Source: Schmidtea polychroa (lineage: Eukaryota). Taken from it: a DNA stretch of 64,000 bases. The notes under the pieces are model-generated. The model was not told the origin of the DNA. It made no database searches and was given only the letters and a program-made list of their open reading frames with translations. The position numbers and the translations under genes were made by a program. Below are positions 35,131 through 49,239 of the stretch, one piece after another. Positions within the stretch are counted from its first letter, which is position 1. Each line of letters starts with the position of its first letter. The DNA lies in NCBI GenBank assembly GCA_044892525.1, contig CM097886.1, positions 60,698,001 to 60,762,000 of the forward strand, in the 5' to 3' direction.

Positions 35131-36399
35131 TTTCTTATTTACCATTAATATTTGCAGTATATATTTTCGTCCTGTTCCTTTGGCTGGTATGCTAGGCCCC
35201 ATAATTTATATTATAGCCAAACCGCACATCCACCGGAACCGTCTCGCTGGACCCGGATCTACCCGGACCCTCCTGGGCCGGCCACCTGCCACCGGGACCT
35301 ATCACTCGCTCGAGCTGCCAATGGAACATGGAAACTGCCTCCTGAACCGGCAACCCACCACCGGAACCGATCACATGCTGGACCTGCCACCGATACGTGC
35401 CACAAACGGTACCCGCCTGCCACCGATTGATCCCCTTTCGGAACTTATTGTGTTTATGCTATGATTTAAATTGCGACTTTGCGTTTTCTAAGCATGCGAC
35501 AATGATCCTGACCTTAATCACATTTAATGACATTGATCCTGACCCGATGATACCACTCACTTATATTCCCTCCTATACATAACGGGGGGTCCAGCTTTCG
35601 TCTCCGAGTCATATATCCTGGACATGTATGCTGGACTTATCTATATCATTTATTTATATATTACATTATTACCTTATTATAACCGGCTCGCGGAGAGCTG
35701 ACCTCCATAGCTGGATATGGAACATTGTTAAACAACGTTTGACGCTTGAGTCCTAGACTCGGCGCCCTATGAATGTTATGTAAAATCTTTTTATAATGAA
35801 GGGTTGAGAAGTTCTCTCCTTATGCTTTAATTGCCCTGTAATGTTATAAACCAGTTAAAATAAACTTTTCCTAGATCAACATTCCTTTCTCTCCCCATTT
35901 GTCGCCACAATCACTTGATCCTTTTGTCCGCTCCAACCATTTACTTGGCTTTGGTTCGCCCAAGCCCCAACACTCAATCCTACTTTTGATCTAGCCCCTT
36001 GCGAGAGGAAAATTTTATTGGCCTGGTTCCTGATGACAAGAAATCTTGCACTTATCCCAGTTGCCACTTATGAAAGATACTTAAATTGGTATGGTTCTCG
36101 ACAAGGAAAAAAACTTTCCTCCTTAAAAAATTTAGTCTATTATTACTTATATATACTTATATACTTTTGTTTGTTGTTTTTTCGTAGATAATCTAGTGAT
36201 AATTCTTACTATTGTTTAAACGAGATATTTTAATTAATTCATAGTTAATCTATTTAAAACTATATTTATCATAATTTATTATAATTTACCAATGCTTTTT
36301 GAATTCTCTATTATTTTAGTAAATAATGCTGCTAAATCCAACCACACATTGTGAAAGGTTCTCGATATCATACTCGAGTTCTTTAACCTTCATTTGGTC

Positions 36400-37760
36400 G
36401 TGGTTGTTGTCAGCAGTGGGATCATCATCGATTAGTTCCACATAAATTTGTTGATTATAATTTCAGATACCGGTTACGAAATTCACTTTCTCCAATTTAT
36501 GATTGTAACTATCATTAATACAGATAGTTTCTCGACGATGTGATTCAAATATACGTTGGGTAGTTTATGGTTTTGATTAAAAGGACACGTGGGGTCAGAG
36601 GTTACTGACTTGAACTAGTAAAATTCAACATCTTTATCCATGGAACATCTACAATAATTGTCGTGTTTTATCATGAATCTTGAAATAACTTGAATTTCTT
36701 TCTTCGAACTTCAACAAAGTTGGAATCGGCTCTTTGAATAAGTCTTAGTGTGCTTCCAACATTTTTATTTTTTAGTACTTTTGTATTAATATTATGTATT
36801 AGAGATTCATTTTTTTGCGGCCACAATACTTCCAGATTTAATTATATTTTCTTCGTTATTATGAACGAACTCCATTAGCATTTCCAGAGGTAATAGCTTA
36901 CGCAAGAACTATTGAGAGATTCGGCCATATTTGATGTAACATATCCGTAGCGTGGATATGGAAAACTAAATGTTGCCCACAAATCTGATTGAATACTTCT
37001 AAGATAATTTGCCATGGGAGCGCCTTTTTTATTCTCAAGTACATCCATATACTTCAAAAATTCTTCAGCTGTCACTGCTTTGGCATTTTTCTACATTATT
37101 CCAGCAGTAACAATTTTAAATTTACTCTATATTTTTCTCTATTTAAAATACACCTTGTGAGTGGTTGGCAGTTGGAATAACTTCTTAAAGAGCCGTTCCT
37201 ATACCCTTTTTACAATCGCTTATAACTACTAGATTTCTAATTGATGACAAATTTAATCCTTCTTTTAGCCCAGTCAGTAGGTGCAATTCTGATGGCAAGC
37301 CGATAAAGCTTGTTCTCTCTAGTTATTGTACAAGCAGAAAATATCATATCCTTGTATTCACCCTTTGCATGACAAACATCTATTACGACTTATAGATAAA
37401 CTATGCAGGATGGGCTGCTTAGATTGGTCGGGACAAAAGATACAATATACAAGAAAGTGGGAATTCGCGTTGTTTTGTTCATTCCTTTCAAGCTATGGTT
37501 TTATATATTCATAATCTTTTAAGTGTTCTGACATCTGTTCTGAATTTGCTACTTGGATAAAATAGTAGCTCTGATGATCATTTAAAAGTATTCCTTTTTG
37601 CGAAAGTATATGATTTGAAATCTCGTTAGTTTTTACTTCATGAAAGTCAGTGCAAACTTGTTTAACGTCATCAATTGCCAAATACCTTTGAATCCTTCAA
37701 TACCATATTCAAAATTATGTATCTTGAACGATTTCAACACACATCCTCTATTCATTTTAT
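36400..37760 (-). mobile_element. Mutator/MULE transposase remnant
   Basis: KGEYKDMIFSACTITRENKLYRLA; LVVISDCKKGIGTAL*EVIPTANH; LWATFSFPYPRYGYVTSNMAESLNS (MULE DDE motifs). Confidence 0.8.
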
Positions 37761-37946
37761 AATTATAAGTTAATTCGAAGCTACAAGTAGATGATGTACA
37801 AGTTACGAAAAATCTGTATTTATCACTCTTTTAATTTTAAATGTTTTTTTCTTACGGAACAGTAAATCTTTTTTGTGGATACAACACCAAGTGGAGTTTG
37901 ATATTTTTGATTTTCTTCGTTTATATTTTCCATTTAGGGGTTAAGA

Positions 37947-38185
37947 CAGTGGTGGCCAACCCAAATCAATCGAAGGGCCAAATTTTCGGAAAAATACTAT
38001 CACGGGCCACAATAAATTCATTTAAATTAATATAACTCGTTTTTACGATTCAAGTAAACTTAGAATCAATTTTTTAAATTAAAAACATGCTTAATTCGAA
38101 TATGAATTCTTAAAAAGACAATTATTGATTTGAGGTTTAAAATTGTGTCCGGGCCACATCAAAACGCTTCGCGGGCCACCGGTTG
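37947..38185. mobile_element. hAT-type MITE truncated by an assembly gap
   Basis: Starts CAGTGGTGGCCAACC with internal GGGCCA motifs. The right subterminus ...gcgggccaccggttg runs into Ns. Confidence 0.7.
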
Positions 38186-38321
38186 NNNNNNNNNNNNNNN
38201 NNNNNNNNNNNNNNNNNNNNNNNNNNNNNNNNNNNNNNNNNNNNNNNNNNNNNNNNNNNNNNNNNNNNNNNNNNNNNNNNNNNNNNNNNNNNNNNNNNNN
38301 NNNNNNNNNNNNNNNNNNNNN
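38186..38321. other. Assembly gap (N run)
   Basis: 136 Ns. Confidence 1.
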
Positions 38322-38827
38322 ATTTTCTTTATTTATTTTATTAAATTTTTTTTTTTAAATTTTTTTTTAGATTTTAATTTCGAAGCGTAAAAACAATTTA
38401 TTGATTTCCATTTACAATTAATAAAACCAGTAAATAATTTGATTTTTCACCTGACATATAGAATAGGGACAAATATGATTGATGAAATCGTTCGCCTATT
38501 AGTTTACACAGAAAATGGGGATTCAAAATATGAATATAATTTTAATAAATTTTATCAATGATGTAGTTGTCCAGTTTATATTAAATAATTATATCATACA
38601 CCTGCAAAAAATAATTAAAAATAGTAGTTAGATCAAGGCCTAAATATTTCCAAAGGAAATGATAAATTTACAAATTTCTTTAATCTGGAATCAATTTCCG
38701 ACTGGAAGTACATAATTACTCTAGATATTTTGGAAATTGTAAATTTTACATTAATTAATATTTAAATAGACAACATATAATTTTTTCAGTTGTTATCTGA
38801 AAATCGACTTTTCTCTTTCAAATGATG

Positions 38828-38887
38828 TTTATCCACTTATTTATCCACTTATTTATCCACTTATTTATCCACTTATTTATCCACTTT
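38828..38887. repeat. 12-bp tandem repeat (TTTATCCACTTA) x5
   Basis: Direct reading of the sequence. Confidence 0.9.
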
Positions 38888-40423
38888 TTCCAGGTATTTC
38901 ATATGTTGTGCAAAAATTTATTTTAAGCCCACGTTTTGGAAGCGTGACTTAAAAGCGTCGAAAAATAACACTCAAGACACGATATCAAGTAAAGTCAAAC
39001 TCAAAACACACCAAAACATCGATTAAACACAATTAAATAGAATTCACTTAACACCAAAATGATCAACATAAAACTAAAGTAAAATTAAACAAAAAACAAT
39101 AAGTAGAGCACGAAACCAACTCAAATATAACATGGACACATAACAGAAGCAAACAATTTTGAATTAATTGCGATAAGAGGAGATAGGAATGGAAATTTCC
39201 TTTGGGAAAACCAAAGATTGTGAAATTTCGCAGATGGTAGAAGTTTTGTAAAAGTAAGCAATTTCTATGTGTAATTTTCATATAATTAATTGAAAGAATA
39301 AAAGTAAAGGTTGATTCCTGCTCAAATTTTTGGAAGCTAATTTTTATATTTGAGATAAGGAGGTGGAGTAACAATAAGTGCTGAAATTCGTTCAAATTTT
39401 AGAGGTTTGTGTATAAATGAGAAAACAGGTTCGGAGCATAATGGCAGATCTCTGCATAACCTTTAAAAGTTAATATTATAACCTATAATTAACCTTAGAA
39501 ATGTGAAAATGAGAGTAATATCCCACCGAATTCCTTACAAATAGTCGTGAATTATAATTAACCAGGTTAGCTCAATAAACCTGAAAATAAAGAAATAATT
39601 TTCCACCAATAAGCCGATTTCCCTATTAAAACTCAGTCGATACCCGAACTTTCCGTAAACCCTACCAAACTTCAACATTAAAATGAGATAATGAGACTAG
39701 TGAGTGATGAATTAATTACTGGTTGAAAACGTTAATGTATTAGACAATATACTAATTTATGTATTAAAGAGCGCCCTTTTCATCTCTAAGAGTCGCAATG
39801 TTGCTGATAACCATGCGATAATTTTAACTCAGACTCAACATTAGACAGATGACCAATAAATCCGACGAAATCAGAATTAGCAAAGAGGTTTATGGCAAAG
39901 GTTCAACGATTAAGTAATAAAAATCACGTTAACTGCAGTTACCATCTAGATTCTTGATGGAACCACAATATAGCTAGATTTAGTACGCATCGTTCGACCA
40001 CTTTGCCAGTATTCAAAAGAACGTATAATGTTACATTGGACAATCAGATTCATTGATCCATAAAATTGACAGAGCAGATTGTATATACCCAACAGTGTGC
40101 GTAATGGAAAGTAACTAGCAGACAACGACATGCACACAGGCCCTAGGAGAGGCGGGGCCCCAAATCTGCAAAATTTTATTCGAAGAAATTCTTTTGGAAA
40201 CAAAAATTAATTTTTAAAAATTCAACAATTTGAAAATGGACTAATGATATAACTTCTTTGCTCTTATATATCAATCTAACATGTTTTTAAATAAATCAGA
40301 TTGATCTAAAATCAGGAATTCGTCATTTAAAATTGCTTGATCGTTATTAAAATTCACGAATAAGAGATTTTTAAAAATATTTTTAAAAATATCCGTTTAT
40401 TGATGTAATGATATTGGAGCCCC

Positions 40424-43400
40424 CAGGGCCGTGCCTGACCGGCGTTCATTAGGTTCGCCGCACGCAGGCGGCCAAATTTAAAGGCGGCCTGACGACCAGA
40501 AAAACAAAAAAAAATTAAAAAGCAAAATAACAATGTTAATATATAGTCATAGTCATATATAATCGAAGTAAATTGTCAAATAGTTGAGTGTTGTTGTCAA
40601 TTCGTCAATTGTAATCATTATCATTGCGCTCTATGGCGTACTAAATTTTTTTTAGATGCGCTTATCACAGAATATTATTTTGTGGGCTTATTGGCGAGCG
40701 CATGCTGGCGCAGTGGCCGCATAGAACTCCGTAATGTAAGAATAAATAGAGATGAACACTCTTTTTAACCCACGATGAACAGAGTACATCTCTCTTTATT
40801 CTAACTGATTTTAACCTTACTGAGTTCTACGGGTTCTACGCGCCAGCATGCGTTCACATGCGCTCGGCATAGGCCATATCAGAATCAAGTGCAAAGTGCA
40901 AATTCATCTTTCACGTATGTTCAGTTGCTCTACCTGGCTGTAGGTAAGTTGGGAGCGTGTGTGTGTGTGTGTTATAATATGTGATTTACCTGTCTGTCTA
41001 TAGCACGGCAAGCGTCTCAGCTGCGTGGCAATAAAACCTTATTCAAACTCGGAAAGCGGTTGGGCAGATTCCCTCACCGCCTCACCCAACGCTTTGTTAC
41101 AAAAGGTTGAAAAAGGTAATGAATTTAATTCTACAATAAATTAATTTCAATATAAATCCTTATTGATATTTTTAAACATTTTAGTAAAATGCCTAAGAAT
41201 GACTGGGAGAAAAACGAAAAGATTGCCTGGAGCACAGTATAAAAGAAAGCGAGAAGAAAAACAACATGTTGCTAATAAAATTTTTGGTTCACTAACCAAA
41301 TATTTGGAAAAACCTCCAGAAATGCAAAATGCTTGCAGTAGCCAAGCAAATCTAAGCTGTGAATTTTTTTCCAATGAAAATGAATTATCTGCCGAAAATA
41401 CAAATGATAATGACAATATTAGTAGTAATGATGAAATAGGAGATATTGCAGTTACAAATATCGACGATATCACTGAAATTGATTAAGAATATTTTGCTAT
41501 GTGTATAGAATTAAATGATCCAGCTTGCTGGCCTTTAACACTTACCAATAAAATGCTGGATATTTTAATTGAAAAAGGCCCTATTCAAAATATACAATCT
41601 ACATATCCACTAAATGAATTTGGAAGATCATTTTCAAAGGTTTATTTCTATAGAAAACTGCCAAATGGTGAAAAATTTAATTGTGAGTGGTTAATCTATT
41701 CTCCAAAAAATGATGCCACATTTGCTTCTGTTGTAAATTATTTGGCAAACAAGAAATAAAATTAGTTAATGAAGGCTTCAACGATTGGCAACACATATCT
41801 GACAACTTATCTCGTCACGAAAAAACATCGCTGCACATAGAAAATTGCACCTGTTGGAAAAAATTGGAATTAAATTTAAAAAGAAAAACTACAATTGATA
41901 AGAATATGCAACGGTATTATGACGCCGAGAAAAAACGATGGTGTCAAATTGTCAGGTGCATGATATCTGTGGTACAATTTCTAGCAGGACAGTGTTTAGC
42001 TTTTAAAGGTTCTTCCAGCAAATTGTACGAAAAAAATAATGGAAATTTTCTGAAAGCAATTGAAATGATAGGAAAATTTGATGATATAATGGTAGACCAC
42101 ATAAAACGCGTACAAGAACCAATCGCTTTAAAGAACCACATGCCACATTACCTGGGAAATCGCTTTCAAAATGAAATAATCACTATCCTTGCCACCCAAA
42201 TTCAAAAATATATATTAACATCAATAAAATATTTTTCAGTCATTTTGGACTGTACGTCGGACACTGGACATGTCGAGCAAATTACAATGATTATTAGGTA
42301 TGCACATATTAAAAATTATGAAGTTGAAGTAAGAGAAAATTTCATTGGCTTTTATCAAGCTGAAAAATGTACTGGAGAATCTTTTTACGACTTCTTAATT
42401 CAAAAGTTAAACTATCTTGAATTAAATATTAACGATATGAGGGGCCAGAGATACGATGATGGGTCTAATATGTCCCGAAAACATAAAGGATTGGAAAAAC
42501 GAATTTTGGACAATTATCCACGAGCTCTGTTTATGCCATACAATGCGCATACATTAAATTTGGCCATTAATGATGCAGCTAAAGTTTCGTTTTCAACGGT
42601 GGATTTTTTCAGTAATGTATCTGCAATATACAACATTTTCAGTGAATCACCATTTAGATGGCAAGTTTTATAGAAAAATGTAAAATCTTTAACATTGAAA
42701 CAAGTTAGTGAAACTCGATGAGAAGCAAGAATTAAAGCGATTAGACCACTGCAAAATGAATTAAGTGAAATTTATGACAGCCTTATAGAAATAGCTGAGG
42801 AATCTTCAATGCCAACAGTTCAACATGAAGCTGAATGTTGGGCAATGAAACTTAAATCTTATAAATTTATTTCTTCAATAATAATATGGTACGAAATCTT
42901 GGAAAAGGTAGATTTTATTAGCAAAATGATGCAGAAAGTTTCTTGGAATATCAGTTCGTGTGCTGAATCAATTAAGGAAGTTTTGAAATTTTTCAAAAAG
43001 CATTAGAAATGACGAAAGTTTCGAAAATTATTTGCAGATTTCTAATGAACTTTGTAAAGCACTTGAAACAGAACCTGATTTTCCTGCTGAAATTAGTGTA
43101 CGTCGCCGACATCACTGAAAACAATTTAGCTATGAAGGAGATGAAGATATTCAATTTACTCCAAAAGAACATTTTCAAATTAATTTTTTCTATGTAATAC
43201 TAGATTCAGCTATTTCATCTCTTACCACCCGTTTTGAAACTTTGTCAAATTTCAGAACTTCAATGACTCAAGAACGTCTCAGTAAAATATAAATTATTGC
43301 AATTGAAAGTGAAATTGCTGATTCCTTAAATATTGAAGGGGCAATTGAAGAATTTGCCTCTAAAAAATCACGTAGAGTAAATTTTTGATTGTAATATCAT

Positions 43401-43530
43401 AGATTTATAGATGTGCCAAAACATATTAATGTTTTATATTCAATGGTAATATGTACATGTACATTAGATATATAAGTATAATAATAAACATTAAGAATGA
43501 AAATTTGATTTTTTTCTTTGATTTTGATGT
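40424..43530 (+). mobile_element. Decayed hAT (ZMYM1/Tip100-like) element with transposase pseudogene at 41199-43388
   Basis: Terminus CAGGGCCGTGCC. Motifs MTGRKTKRLPGAQYKRKREEKQ; NDPACWP; WLIYSPKND; FLAGQCLAFKGSS...NGNFLKAIE; YFSVILDCTSDTGHVEQ; MRGQRYDDGSNM; SETR*EAR; RTSMTQERLS...EFASKKSRRVNF*. Many stops and an internal deletion. Right terminus not found. Confidence 0.88.
40685..40875. mobile_element. Palindromic MITE nested in the hAT 5-prime region
   Basis: Imperfect inverted arms ggcttattggcgagcgcatg / catgcgctcggcataggcc, plus inner pairs gcatgctggcgc, tagaactc, aagaataaa and agagatg. Confidence 0.65.
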
Positions 43531-44253
43531 TATCTCATTTACATTTATCAAACCAACCAACTCTTCTGTTTCTTCATTTGCAGTTGCAGATATCCGTGTC
43601 CTGTAATCTGAGAAGTATCAACAAATCCCAACATCAGAAGTATCGATACTAGATTCTGTGTTATTTTCATAAGTTGCTGTAACTTAGTATTCTTCAGAAG
43701 TTGACGATGTTGACGAGCCTTGATGCTATTGTACAAGAAATTTATTGAGAGATTGTGTTAATTCCTTAATTTGGCTTTCTTGTGTTGCTTTTTGTTTTAT
43801 CTATTCATTGCTAGTTTTTTATTTTCTGGCAAAATCGCGATCTCGTTTTGGTGGCATATCCGCTCAACTAAAAAATCAATTAATGGAAATTTTTAAATTC
43901 AAATAACAATTGTTATTTAAATCATTTAAACAATTCTTATTTAAAGCTAAATAAAGTTATTTAATGTAAAGTTTATATTTCCATTATGTGCCATAAATTG
44001 CCATAAATTGTCTATCCTGTTACTGAAGCAAAAAAACATTTTTTTGGTTTCTAGAGCGGTTAAAAAGATAAAAAAAGTCTGATTTTATAGTTTCAATTTG
44101 TTTGGAAATTTTTTGTAGGTGTTTTCAGATGGTTCAGTTTTCTTATACAAAAAAGTGAATTTTTCGTTTTTGTTATACAGTAAAAATAATGTTAAGTCAA
44201 AGCGCGGGGCCCAAGGCGGTTGCCTTGTTCGCCTTGCCCTAGGGCCGGGCCTC
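43530..44253 (-). mobile_element. 5-prime end of another hAT element in opposite orientation
   Basis: Terminus reads (G/C)AGGCCCGGCCCTAGGGC on the minus strand. Decayed N-terminus from the ATG at 43857: MPPKRDRDFARK*KTSNE*IKQKATQESQIKELTQSLNKFLVQ. 40137-40423 may be its other end. Confidence 0.6.
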
Positions 44254-46733
44254 GTACTTCCCATAACTATTGTGATTTTATCACGGAAAGATATAGGAAA
44301 AGCCATAATCGTACCACCTTTTTTATTTGCCCTGTTTGTATGACCCTTGAGACTGTGATATAGATTGATTTTTATGATCAACATCGAAATCATTTAAGTC
44401 AATATAATCTACATATAAAGATTTTTTTAAATAATTAAAAAATAATATTCCCACTACAATTAATAATAATAATAATTGTATTTATTAAAAAATTGACTAT
44501 GAATCAATAGAATCAAAATAGATTTTTTTGATATTCACGAATTTCTGCACAGCCTTTTTCAGGTTATTTTAAAAAAGGGTTAAATATCATAATAGAATCG
44601 GAATGGCAATTCTTATAAATATAATGAATGAAAACTCAAACAAAATAAGATCTTCATTTGTTCTAAATACCACAGTTAAATTATATATTTTGATTATTTA
44701 TGATGCCTTATTTGTATCCGATAGTCATTATATGGATATATGTGGCCAATAATTTATTTTCGGACAAGATAAAGACGCGCCAGTTTGTTGAAGTTCTTGT
44801 AAGAATATTGCACTTTTCAAACATGTATTATGCAAGAACATTATTTTAAATTGGTCATCAGATGCAATGAATTAGATTCAAAGCAATAGATAAATTATTG
44901 AAGAAATGGATTACTTACTTGTTTACTTTCTAATCTCACTCATGCAAGATTTTCACTTTACTCAAACTTAGCAGCTTTTATTAAAAATATTTAATTTTTT
45001 TAATTTGAAATTTTTAATTACAATAGTATTTTCTAAATAAAAAAATTCTTGACAAATTAAAAACATCGGATATTTTGGTCATTCTCCGTTATCCTGCTTT
45101 GCTAGTCTGTCCTTGTTAGCGGAATTTAAACAATTCTATTTTCTGTCAATTACCTATAGTAAATTTTACATTTTTAATTGCATACATTAATGTCTCAATA
45201 ATATTTCTGCATTTACAAAAAATATAAAATTTAACATTTACAAATTATGTTTTTCAGGCTTTCAACATTTTCTGGGATAGATTATGTAAAAAAATTGGTG
45301 TTTAAAATAAAACAACCGTAAAAACTTTCTCTTCGGCCTTAAAACTAGATTATTGAAATCTATTTCTTACAGTAAAATGCTATTTATAAAAAATATAGTT
45401 GACATATACAAAAAATTCATACCCCTCATAATTCACACATAAAAATAAAATAAGTATTTTAACACTAAGTATTTAAATTAGTAAAAAATGTTGTTGTTAT
45501 TCACTACAGAAATTATAAAATTACATTCGCATTTCCCATTATCATCTTTATGCAAATAATTAATTTCCATTTTTCCAAAATCTCATACAAAAAATTGTCG
45601 ATACATTAAAAATAGCAGTAATAAAATAAGCGTGCACGCTGTAGTGCTTCTGACTTTCAAATTAATAAATATATTAATTTAATAATTAAATTGTAAATAG
45701 ATTATTAGATAAAAATGGATTGTTCATTCATATATATATATATATATATCTGACAAAAATAACATATATAATGATAATACTAATGATATCTTAAACCTTT
45801 GATTTTATTCATACTCAAAATACCAAAATTACTGTAATAGTACCTCCCATAACGATTGTAATTTTATCATGGAAAAATATATATTTTTTCCTATTTCACC
45901 ATTGATTTTTTTCCCATTGAATTTATTAAAAAGAGCTTGAAAACTATAACTCAGTAAATATATCGATATCTTTTTTTTCAAAAAATGTGTTCAAAATTTT
46001 GGAATTCGAACAATATTCAGATCAACGAACTGCTCTATAACTTATCTCTATGTCGAATTTGTATTACAAAAGATATATTTTATAAAACTGATGTTGATAC
46101 TTCTACTGGTCGTCGGATCACAAAACATCCAGTCAATGAATACGTAAAGAACAAATCAACAATTGAATATCCAAATTACCCAAAAATAGGAGTCGTATTC
46201 AATGAAATGTATTGGGAAGCAAAATCTCCAAAACACCAAGTACACTTTGTACAAAGATGTGGAATTTGTTCATCCAATAAAAATGGAAACGTCGGAGCTG
46301 TTCGAATCTGCTCGATTTATTTATGGAGAAATTGATAAAACCAATAATGATCAATATATTTTACCATATAGTCATATGTTACTACACACACTTTTATTTT
46401 TAATCACAAATCCATCAACATTTTTTGATCATGAAAAAACATTCATTTCCTACGTTTTTCTACGTTTCAGCAAAGAAATGAGTGTCTTTTCAAAAAAATA
46501 TAAATACATTTATGTATCTTATTAGAGAATGTATACATTATCTAGTTAATATATACATTGCCTAAGTTTATACTTTAACTGTAACCAGCGCCGGTTCGAG
46601 ATAATTATACGCCCCAGGCGAAAATTATAAAAAGCGCCTAAATTATGATAAAATAAAAAAGTTTAACAAAAAACAATCCATTTATTACTTTATTTCATTT
46701 TTTTCGATTGACATATATATAAAAAAACAGAAT

Positions 46734-49239
46734 TTATAAGAATGATTTTTTCCTGGCTTTCATGTCTGCAAATTCTTCTATTGCTGCCTCCAAATTTAGG
46801 TTTGCTACAACATTATTTTCAATTGAAATAATGGCCAAATTATTCAACCTATCTTCCGTCATAGTAGATCGCAAATACGTTTTTATTAGTTTTAATTTAC
46901 TAAAACTTCTTTCACCACTCGCAACACTAACAGGAATTGTTACGAGGATTCGCAAAGCCACCCACAGATTTGGTACTGTACTTTTCAAATTATTATCATT
47001 GATAAATTGTAAACATATTAAAGGATCTTTAACATCATCTGGTACCAATTGCTTCAATGATTCGATTTCCTCGCACAATTCTATTCCATTTATATCACTA
47101 CTGGCCTCATTTGTTAATTTCAGATGTAAATCTTTGCAACTCTTCAGCAAATCACAACGATTTTTATTATTGTGAATATTGAACAAAAAACCCCACGAAT
47201 CTTCGAAATCTTTCATTTGCTGAAACCTTTCTGATATAGATATCAACGATTGATCCAGCATAACATTAAAAACATGATTTTTATAATATTTTTCTGGGTT
47301 ATTTACATTTGGAGTTTCATCGTCACACTCATAACTAAATTGTTTTTGTCGCCTTCTGATTCTTACAGCTTTAAATTGTGCGTTCACGTTTAATAGCGCA
47401 GCGAGATCTTTGGCCGATTTTAAAGCATCAGAAAAACCGGAGTCTCTATAATTTTCTAGAAAAATCTTACAATTCCGAAGAAGCTCGATGGCGTTACTCA
47501 TATCAAATGTAGCTTTTTGCATGGATTTGCTGACAATATTAAATTTTGACAAAAGTACGTACCAGACAGATAATGTTAACAAAAACTCGAAATCTTCTAT
47601 TTTTTCAGATAAAGAGCTAGCTTCTGAAACAACTGCAGCATCTAATATTGTGTCTTGCAACTCATTTAATGCGTTTCTAATTTCCGTGATTTCAAACATT
47701 ATTGCTTTAATGCATTCGATTCTACATTCCCACCTCGTTTCACTTAAAGGTTTAGGATTTAATGATTTAATATGTTTTTTCAATATATTCCATCGTCCAA
47801 CAGATGCAGCAAACAAAGTATAAATTCTTTGAACATATCCGAAAAAATTTATGCACATTATTGAAGAAGAAACACTATCACCAATTAGTAGGTTAATTGA
47901 GTGACAACCGCAAGGCATAAAAAACGCTCTTGGATTTTCTTTGAAAATTCTAGCTTGCACTCCTTTAATTTTACCTTTCATATTAGCGCCGTTATCATAT
48001 CCTTGGCCTCTACAGTTTGCTAATTCCAAATTGAATTCTTCTAAACTTTCAGAAATATCATCATATAATCCTTTTCCAGTAGAATCAAAAACTGGTTTAA
48101 AGGATACAAAATGCTCTTTTATTTCCATATCCTCAACATCATAAAATCTTAAGGTTATGGAGAGCTGTTCGATATGGCTTATGTCAGGTGTGCAGTCTAA
48201 AATAATCGAAAAATATTTCGATTTACGAACAGAATCCAAAATATGACTTCTTGTCATATCACCAAGTGTACTTATTAATTCGTTTTGTATAGTTTTTCCA
48301 CAATAATGAACATGAATTTCTTGTGAGACCACCCTGCGCAAATGCTCATTTAATGGTAAATCAAATTTTCCTAGAAGTTCAACAAGGCCTAAAAAATTTC
48401 CATTATGCGGAACAAATAACTTATCACAAGAACCCCGAAATGCTAAATTATTTTTTGACAAAAATAATGTTATGTTTATTAATCTTGCTAGTACCTTTTT
48501 CCAATTATATTTTTCTTGGACTATCAAAGACTGCAAATTCTTATCAATAGTTTTATTGCCTTTTAATCTTAATCGAGTTTCTATCCAGTTTTTTTTCACA
48601 TTTTAAATGTGAAACTGACCGTTCGTGCATTTTCAAGCTGTCGTGAATATTTTTCCAATCCGATAAACCAGATTTGGCTAGATTTGACCTACCTGATGGA
48701 TCAAAAAGTTTGCAAAAAAAACAAAATACAGAATTTTTGGATTCTGAATAGTGCAACCATTTTCTTAGGAATTTTTCACCATTACTTATTTGACGATAAA
48801 AAAGCGAATTGGAAAAGCTTCGATTATTTTCATCTCTTGGATAAATATGTTGTTGATTACACCTTTCTTCGTTTCCATATAAGTCAGTTACAACTATATG
48901 GTCGATTTCCGTATGTTTTAAATTTTGTGGCCATAGCCCAATATCATTATAATTTAAAATATTTTCAAATACAGAATGAGTTGAATCACTAGGAACAATT
49001 ATTTCAGTTCCGTGAGAAGACATTAAATTATCCTCATTGATAATATTACAATTTTCAGCTTCTGATGACACATTACCTATATCGTTCTCTGAGCTTGAAG
49101 ATATTGACTCGAAATGTTGATTATCATCGGCTACTGATTTACTGGAATTAAAATATTTCAATATTTTATCGTGCTTATCAGTGTTGGGCTGAAAACGAGA
49201 ACTGAGAGTTTGTTTTAATCGATCGAAAATACCTAACAC
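46734..49239 (-). CDS. hAT transposase split into ORFs 48553-49239 and 46734-48599 by a single frameshift
   Basis: TTF-type Zn finger (RKWLHYSESKNSVFCFFCKLF...GLSDWKN...HERSVSH). Core motifs FSIILDCTPDISHIEQ, CRGQGYDNGANMKG, PCGCHSINL, SETRWECR and TIPVSVASGERSFSKLKLIKTYLRSTM. Removing one A from the A8 run at 48589-48596 (plus-strand T8) fuses the frames (CEKNWIET). Confidence 0.92.

Noticed and set aside
35585-35650. Minus-strand hammerhead-like fold (gtccagc...tatga-ctcggaga-cgaaa-gctggac)
   Set aside because: The CUGANGA core and the UH cleavage site are not intact. It is kept only as part of the structured-region finding.
38130-38390. ORF-track entries spanning N runs (also 54514-54873)
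   Set aside because: They are artefacts of assembly gaps.
38828-38887. TTATCCAC array resembling bacterial DnaA boxes or a CRISPR repeat
   Set aside because: It is a simple 12-bp tandem repeat without spacers, in a eukaryotic context, and the ninth base does not fit TTATCCACA.
46762-48550. Plus-strand ORFs antisense to the hAT transposase, and similar shadow ORFs over the innexin, Shaker, Tc1 and retrotransposon
   Set aside because: They are antisense or out-of-frame shadows of real coding sequence with no independent motifs.
48585-48600. Programmed -1 ribosomal frameshift at the A run of the hAT transposase
   Set aside because: Joining the ORFs needs a +1 shift, and the -1 frame hits a stop. 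A simple indel or sequencing error is more likely.
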